DNA from: Nemertoderma westbladi
Taxonomy: Eukaryota; Animalia; Xenacoelomorpha
Direction of reading: 5' to 3'
NCBI GenBank assembly: GCA_032718475.1
Contig: JAUCBJ010009158.1
Span: 1 to 64,000, forward strand
Length of the DNA stretch: 64,000 bases
Made by a program: the position numbers and the translations under genes
Notes under the pieces: generated by a model
Told to the model about the DNA's origin: nothing
The model's database searches: none
The model's input: the letters and a program-made list of their open reading frames with translations, nothing else
Shown here: in pieces, positions 60,401-64,000 of the stretch
Layout: every line of letters begins with the position of its first letter
Numbering within the stretch: the first letter of the stretch is position 1

Positions 60401-61543
60401 GTGGGAAGTGACTCTTTACCAGCTATTGAGAACTTTAAGATTTCCCGCTCGTATTTAGGTCACATTCTCCTCACTTATTCCTATCAACTCCATGTCTTTG
60501 GAGAGACACCAGCGATATTGGAATAGGTATAGTAGCCTATTTGAGGGTCAAAACTCCGCAAGGAATTAAAGTTTCATTGGCCGCCTCAAAGGCTTTGATA
60601 AACAACAAACCACGGGTCCCTAGAGCGGAGTTAAAAGCAGCATTATACGCTACCGCCATCGGCAGGAATATAATGGAACAGATAGAATATCCATTGGATA
60701 AAACTGTTTATTGGACAGATTCATTACTCGTTCTAGAATATATTACTAACAAAGTCTGTCAGTTAAGCGTCTTTGTCACCAACCGAGTAGCTGTTATACT
60801 TAGTCGGACTAATATAGTCTAATGGAATCATTGCTCTGGAACTATTGATACAGCTGACATCACCTCCAGAGGAGCTACACCTAAAGAACTGACGGATATG
60901 CCAGATTAGTTAAGTGGCCCTGACTTCCTAAGTAAAAAGGAGGAGGAATGCCCCCCCCCCCCCCCCCCCACATCTTACTATGACTGAGATCGGACAAGCC
61001 AAGGAAGCGGAGACCATTAAAGCAAAGATCTGGATGAGTAAATCCAAACTGTTCAAACTGGCGATAGACCTGTTGGTATAGCATACCGGTGATGATGCTA
61101 ATTAAGATCCTAAGCGAGTCCCAGGTAAAGCAGTTGTTTCTATACGAGAGTGAGATTGGAATACTGGTATACCTGATATCTCTGAAGGACTCTCTCCTAT
61201 TATTCAGAGAGCAATGGCGTATTATAGTTCTTGGAATAGGCTTTCTAAAGCCATAACTTATTTAAAACGGTGTTTCCATCACCACTATTCCAAGCCTAAG
61301 ACAACCGGTGACGCCATCCCAAGAGTAGTCGAAGAAGTGAATGCCATTAAAGATCTTCCCATTTATCGGCTACATACCAAGTTTCTTGCTGACAAGATCA
61401 CTTACCAGGAGCATGATGATACCAACAAGCAACTACTGAGACTTCTACAATGTCATGAGCAGCATGAGAAGTATTTCCTGTTTTTGAGAAATCCGCAGAT
61501 GCGCTTAAAGGATTCCTTTTCTAGCATGATGTTTGATATATAA
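54419..61543 (+). mobile_element. Old, heavily mutated BEL/Pao gag-pol fragment (BEL-C), close relative of BEL-B, retaining RT and RNase H; no LTRs or integrase seen
   Basis: Collinear with the BEL-B ORF (DAIDIYLSDYQRF, MAQESF..KWLPFNEYYKDNIQNS, LLDSGSTGTFIDK), plus RT remnants (RDIYMDDNL near 59952), FDPLGFISP and YWTDS. Confidence 0.92.
55146..56401. mobile_element. piggyBac-type non-autonomous element (TTAA TSD, CCC termini)
   Basis: TTAA|CCCTATTACCACTGGGG .. CCCCAGTGGTAATAGGG|TTAA. Subterminal GGGCCGATTCGGCCC at both ends. Internal ~170-bp subrepeats, two forward and two inverted. Confidence 0.93.
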
Positions 61544-61554
61544 AATATATAAAA

Positions 61555-62020
61555 TATATTTTGACAGACATATTGACAGATAAACGGACAAACATACAAA
61601 CTGTACAAATGCTACCAAACATGAAATCTGATACCGCAAATTAAGTCAGAGTCCAAAAAACAGACATTCCCATGATTTAAGCTTTATAGGGTGTCATATT
61701 GTATTTTGACAGACAAATTGACAGACAAACGGACAGACTTACAAACTGTAAAATTGCTGCCAAACATGGAAACTGATACCGTAAATGAAGTCAGAGTCCA
61801 AGAAAACAGACATTCTCAGGATTTTAGCATTTGCAGGGTGTCATATTGTATTTTGACAGACAGTTCGACTGATAAACGACAGACAAACAAACTGTTCAAT
61901 TGCTGCAAAACATGAAATCTGATACACTAAATGAAGTCAGAGTCCAAGAAAACAGACATTCCCGGGATGTTAGCTTTGTATGGTGTCATATTGTATTTTG
62001 ACAGACAGATTGACTGACCT
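61555..62020. repeat. ~146-bp tandem repeat (3+ copies), satellite/Helentron-like
   Basis: GTGTCATATTGTATTTTGACAGACA at ~61691, ~61838 and ~61983; AAGTCAGAGTCCAA in each unit. Confidence 0.85.
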
Positions 62021-64000
62021 GGCTCATTCCAAAGTAAAGTACGGGACATTCGTACACAATTTTGAACTTTGATTGCCTGTACAATGTTATCCACAGCACA
62101 TATGTGCACAAAATTGTGCTTGGATTAAACTTTCGAATATCAGCTTTGATTCCGCGAAGCTTATGGCGGGACTTAGTCACTTTTGAGAAAACGCCAGCTT
62201 GTCCAATTAAGGTAAAGTACGGATTCGTACGAAATGGTTTTTTTTTATTTTATGATTTCAATTCTAAAATTTAGCGAATTGTGCGCAGGTACGGTGTTGA
62301 GTTGATGTTTAGGATAAAGCTGTATTATTAAGCTTAAATAAAAATATAAATATAAGACGAATTGCTGCATTGCTAATTTTTTACAGTGTGGTTTGTGTGG
62401 TAAAGTATGGGACATTGCTAAGTAAAGTACGGGACCTGTACGAATTTTATGGTCAAAATGGTCTCTTACACTTAACCTAACAGTAATTTCTGGATAATTA
62501 GTGATAATAAAGTGCAACTAAGTATTTCCAACCAAGATATGGATACAAAATGTGGGGCGGCCCACAAATTGACCCGAAGTCTTAGCATATGGGTGCCCTT
62601 AGGAGTTGTATGTCATCTGTCTAATTTTTGATCGCTAATACTGTATAACTCGGTCATTTTTAGATGAAATTAAATCAAACCTGGTACGTATGAAGTCTGT
62701 CAAAAGTTTGGAAATAATCTGAAGTTTAAGGAATTAAAGGTCACATATCAGACAGTCTGTCTGTTGGTACCGATAGTTTCAAAAGTTTGATAAAAACCGA
62801 AATAAGTCTGCCAATCATTGATGAAATATAACCAAACTTGGTACACATGTAGTCTGTGAAAAGTTTAGAAATTCTTTCCATTTTTCTGAAAATGTATCAA
62901 TTACTGTACTTACCGATCTTCTTATCTGCTAAAAAAACTAAATTTTTTGAAATTTGTTGTAAAGTACGGGACTTTACATGCATAAACTCAAAGATTAGTT
63001 AACTGAGGAATGATTCTTAGTTCAAATACATACTTCTATGCTTCCCCCTACTATCACCCTAAAGCATTATAACACTCCTGCCCTCCAGGTTTCATATATT
63101 ACATTAATACAGTGCACTAATGTAATCGCCATTATAATGGTAAAGTATGGGACAATTTTCAATTGGCCGTTATGATGTTTCTGAGGGAGTAGGTTATGAA
63201 ACTACAGGTAATTGTTTCTTAAGATGACGCAACACAAACGTGCTTTGCATTCCACTGGGTGATTGGGCTTAGTTAGACTACTTCTCTGTGTATAAATTAA
63301 AAATTTCACTATTTATTGGTAAAGTATGGGACTTTATATGCATCAACCCAAAGATTTCTTGACTGAGGAATGATTCTCAGTTCAAATATATAGACTCCTA
63401 TTCTTACGGCCGACTATGACCTTAGAGTATTATAAAACTCATGGCTTCACATATTACATTAATACAGTGCACTAATATAATCGCCATTTTGATGGTAAAG
63501 TATGGGACAATTTTCAATTGGCCGCCATGATATTTCTGAGGGAGTGAAGATGAAACTAATTGTTTTATACGATGACGCAACACAAACGTGCTTTGCATTC
63601 CACTGGGTGATTAGGCTGAGTAACATCTCTGTGAATAAACTAAAAATTTCACTATTTTAGGTAAAGTATGGGACATCACAAGATTAACTTTATCGATTTC
63701 ATTACAGAGGAATGAAACACTGGTGAAATTAAATAAAACCAAAAAAATTCGAAAAGGGGTTTGTTTTTGATTTGGTACATGCTCAGAAATGTTAATTTAT
63801 TGGTCATAGGAAGTGCCTACAGGAAACGAAACTTTTGCACACTTTTATTCACATTTTGTGCAGAGCAGGTGCATAATTTGTAATTCGACTATTTTTGATA
63901 AACCACCTGTGTTGATACAATTTTTAGCACTGAATTCATGAAGCACGATAAATTTTGACCTAAAATAAGTATAAATTCAAAGCTACATCTCAATTTTAGA
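62021..64000. mobile_element. Second copy of the GGCTCATTCCA TIR element, running off the window end
   Basis: Collinear with 771-~2715 from the first base of the TIR, with scattered substitutions and a ~28-bp indel near 62145. Confidence 0.95.

Noticed and set aside
771-64000. The two 2-kb copies as LTRs or ends of one 63-kb composite element
   Set aside because: Copy 1 has its own TIR pair and TSD and cleanly interrupts LINE ORF1; copy 2 has a different flank. These are independent insertions.

Overview
Eukaryotic (probably invertebrate animal) DNA that is almost entirely a nest of transposable elements. I found no convincing host gene, RNA gene or CRISPR array. Most junctions resolve to the base because removing each insert plus one target-site duplication (TSD) restores the host element's reading frame. 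A decayed CR1-group LINE (1-~11100) carries a 2-kb TIR element, a truncated LINE tail and Gypsy-1 (6048-10368). BEL-A (11678-44621) carries an RTE LINE, which carries a 2A-peptide L2/CR1-group LINE, which carries a palindromic TTAA MITE. BEL-A also carries a Gypsy-like element with TATA-ended LTRs (22820-27369) and BEL-B (30812-43101), which encodes only Gag and protease. After these come an LADD-type Gypsy with CG-ended LTRs (44632-50986), an unexplained acidic repeat ORF, minisatellites, a 100-N gap, a decayed BEL-B relative with a piggyBac-type MITE, and a second TIR-element copy. The most unusual signals are at the primer-binding sites (PBS). BEL-B and Gypsy-1 have PBS complementary to their own LTR (Tf1-like self-priming, unexpected in BEL/Pao), and Gypsy-2 has a PBS complementary to tRNA nucleotides 1-12 rather than the CCA end. 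All alignments and identities were read by eye.
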